In this document: in pieces, positions 56,126-57,474 of the stretch
How the letters are laid out: every line of letters starts with the position of its first letter
Numbering within the stretch: the first letter of the stretch is position 1
DNA from: Thermoleophilia bacterium
GTDB taxonomy: Bacteria; Actinomycetota; Thermoleophilia; UBA2241
Reading direction: 5' to 3'
Length of the DNA stretch: 57,474 nucleotides
NCBI GenBank assembly: GCA_016933475.1
Contig: JAFGAW010000279.1
Coordinates: forward strand, 1-57,474
The notes under the pieces: model-generated
The model's database searches: none
Told to the model about the DNA's origin: nothing
What the model saw: the letters and a program-made list of their open reading frames with translations, nothing else
Made by a program: the position numbers and the translations under genes

Positions 56126-57016
56126 ATGGAGTCGTTCCTCGACAGGCTGCTGACCGATACGGCGGCTCCGCCTGGCCCGGGCGCGGCCGTCGCGACGTCC
56201 CCCGGGGAAGTGGACCGCCGAGACGGCTCGCGTGGCGACCCCGAAGACCCGGGTCATGCTGCCGGGCAGGCGCCCGAGGACGGCGCAGGGCTTCCGCAGG
56301 CGCCCTCGGGCCCGGCCGCGCCGCGCATCGCGATCTACGACACGCTGACAAGCCCGCCGCGAGTCGTCGCCGTGGAGGAGGAGGACCTCCCCGCGCTCAT
56401 CGCCTCTCTGGCGGAGAAGACCTACCATCACTGCCGGGAGCAAGGCGGGCAGGTCCCCTACACCGTGATCCAGGAACTCATCGAGAACCTGCTGCACGCC
56501 TACTTCCGCGACGTCGTCGTGACCATACTCGACAACGGCCAGACGATCCGCATCTCGGACCACGGCCCAGGTGTGGACGACAAGGAGCGTGCCTTCCAAC
56601 CCGGCTTCACCACGGCGACGTCGCTGCAGCGGCGCGTGATCCGCGGGGTCGGCTCCGGGCTGCCGATCGCGCGCGAGTCGCTGCAGTTCCTTCGCGGCCT
56701 GCTGACCGTCGAAGACAACCTCGGCGGCGGCGCCGTGTTCACGATCCGACTCCCGCAACGCCAGGCAGCGGCGGCGCCCGAACCTGCCGCCCCGCCGCTT
56801 CCCCGCCTCACAACACGGCAGAAGAAGGTCCTCGTCCTCCTCATGGAACTGGGTACGGCGGGCCCGACGCAGGTCGGCCGCGAGATCGGGATCGCGCCCT
56901 CCACAGCCTTCCGCGAGCTCGGTTTACTGGAGGAGATGGGGTTGATACATTCGGTCGGCGACGGCAAGCGCGCCCTGCGCGAGGAGGGTCTCCGCCTCCT
57001 CGACACGCTCGTCTGA
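56126..57016 (+). CDS. HATPase_c (GHKL) ATP-binding protein with C-terminal winged HTH
   Basis: ELIEN N-box, DHGPG, FQPGFTT, GVGSGL and no H-box. wHTH LTTRQKKVL...GPTQVGREIGIAPSTAFREL..LEEMGLI. TGCTATACT lies 10 nt before the ATG. Confidence 0.85.
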   Translation: MESFLDRLLTDTAAPPGPGAAVATSPGEVDRRDGSRGDPEDPGHAAGQAPEDGAGLPQAPSGPAAPRIAIYDTLTSPPRVVAVEEEDLPALIASLAEKTYHHCREQGGQVPYTVIQELIENLLHAYFRDVVVTILDNGQTIRISDHGPGVDDKERAFQPGFTTATSLQRRVIRGVGSGLPIARESLQFLRGLLTVEDNLGGGAVFTIRLPQRQAAAAPEPAAPPLPRLTTRQKKVLVLLMELGTAGPTQVGREIGIAPSTAFRELGLLEEMGLIHSVGDGKRALREEGLRLLDTLV

Positions 57017-57072
57017 CAACACACCGCGACACGGGCTGAGCAGCGGCATCCCGGGAGACGACGAGGGCGGCG

Positions 57073-57474
57073 ATCGACGACCAACTGACACTCATCTGGG
57101 ACGAGGCGAAGACGCACCTTCGCGCCCAGGTCAACGAGCCCACCTTCCGCCTCTGGTTCGATCGCACCGTGCCAGTCGCCCTCGACGACACGATCTTCGT
57201 GCTGGGTGTCGCCAACGACTTCGCCCGCGAGTGGGTCGAGAAGCGCTTCACCGGCAAGGTGAGCGAAGCCCTCGGTGCCGTGCTCGGTCTCGAGGTCGGC
57301 GTGCGCGTCGTCGTCGACGAGCGGGCGGCCGCACTGCCGGTGGCGCCGGCGAGCGGTGCCCCGAGCGACGCGGCCGCCGCCACGCCCGGTGCCACCGAGC
57401 CCGGAAGCCCGGAGTCCGGCGCTCCCGCGGCGGGCGCCCAGAGGCCGCAGTCCGCGGCCCGCCGCGAGCGCCGC
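57073..57474 (+). CDS. dnaA: Chromosomal replication initiator DnaA, N-terminal part (3'-truncated; probable ATC start)
   Basis: IDDQLTLIWDEAKTHLRAQVNEPTFRLWFDRT...LGVANDFAREWVEKRF is DnaA domain I, followed by a Pro/Ala linker. Absent from the ORF track. Confidence 0.9.
   Translation, partial: MDDQLTLIWDEAKTHLRAQVNEPTFRLWFDRTVPVALDDTIFVLGVANDFAREWVEKRFTGKVSEALGAVLGLEVGVRVVVDERAAALPVAPASGAPSDAAAATPGATEPGSPESGAPAAGAQRPQSAARRERR

Noticed and set aside
1-57474. tRNA-Pyl, pylSBCD, selenocysteine TGA readthrough, CRISPR array, integrase/transposase
   Set aside because: None was recognisable by eye. The only tRNAs seen are Val(TAC) and Asp(GTC). A covariance search would be needed to fully exclude a divergent tRNA-Pyl.

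Overview
High-GC chromosomal segment, probably from an anaerobic deep-branching Actinomycetota such as Thermoleophilia (inferred from UPF0182, a class E sortase, TTGTCCACA DnaA boxes and long U-less hairpin terminators). It ends at the replication origin and the 5' end of dnaA. The main feature is a ~21.5 kb locus (29.4-51.0 kb) with six trimethylamine-methyltransferase (MttB) superfamily paralogues, a RACE/RACo corrinoid reactivase, the lysine-fermentation genes kamA, kat and kce, an ornithine/lysine-type racemase, two EamA transporters and a polar amino-acid ABC importer. One paralogue (44517..45986) has an in-frame TAG exactly at the pyrrolysine position of methanogen MttB. The combination suggests an uncharacterised Pyl-assisted route that demethylates N-methylated lysines and ferments the lysine (hypothesis). 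A seventh MttB paralogue sits next to an enolase-superfamily enzyme with atypical catalytic residues. Other contents are a GntR regulon with three identical operators (glpD, FAD oxidoreductase, peptide-type ABC system), tRNA-Val and tRNA-Asp flanking a sensor-less histidine kinase, and a putative sigma28/WhiG regulon (minor type IV pilins, diguanylate cyclase, FlgM-like small protein). There is also a TPP riboswitch with a two-hairpin insertion upstream of thiT-thiN, a DnaA-box cluster, an ATPase-wHTH gene, and a dnaA lacking a canonical start codon. No CRISPR array, integrase, transposase or pyl genes were seen. All homology calls come from motif recognition, not database searches.
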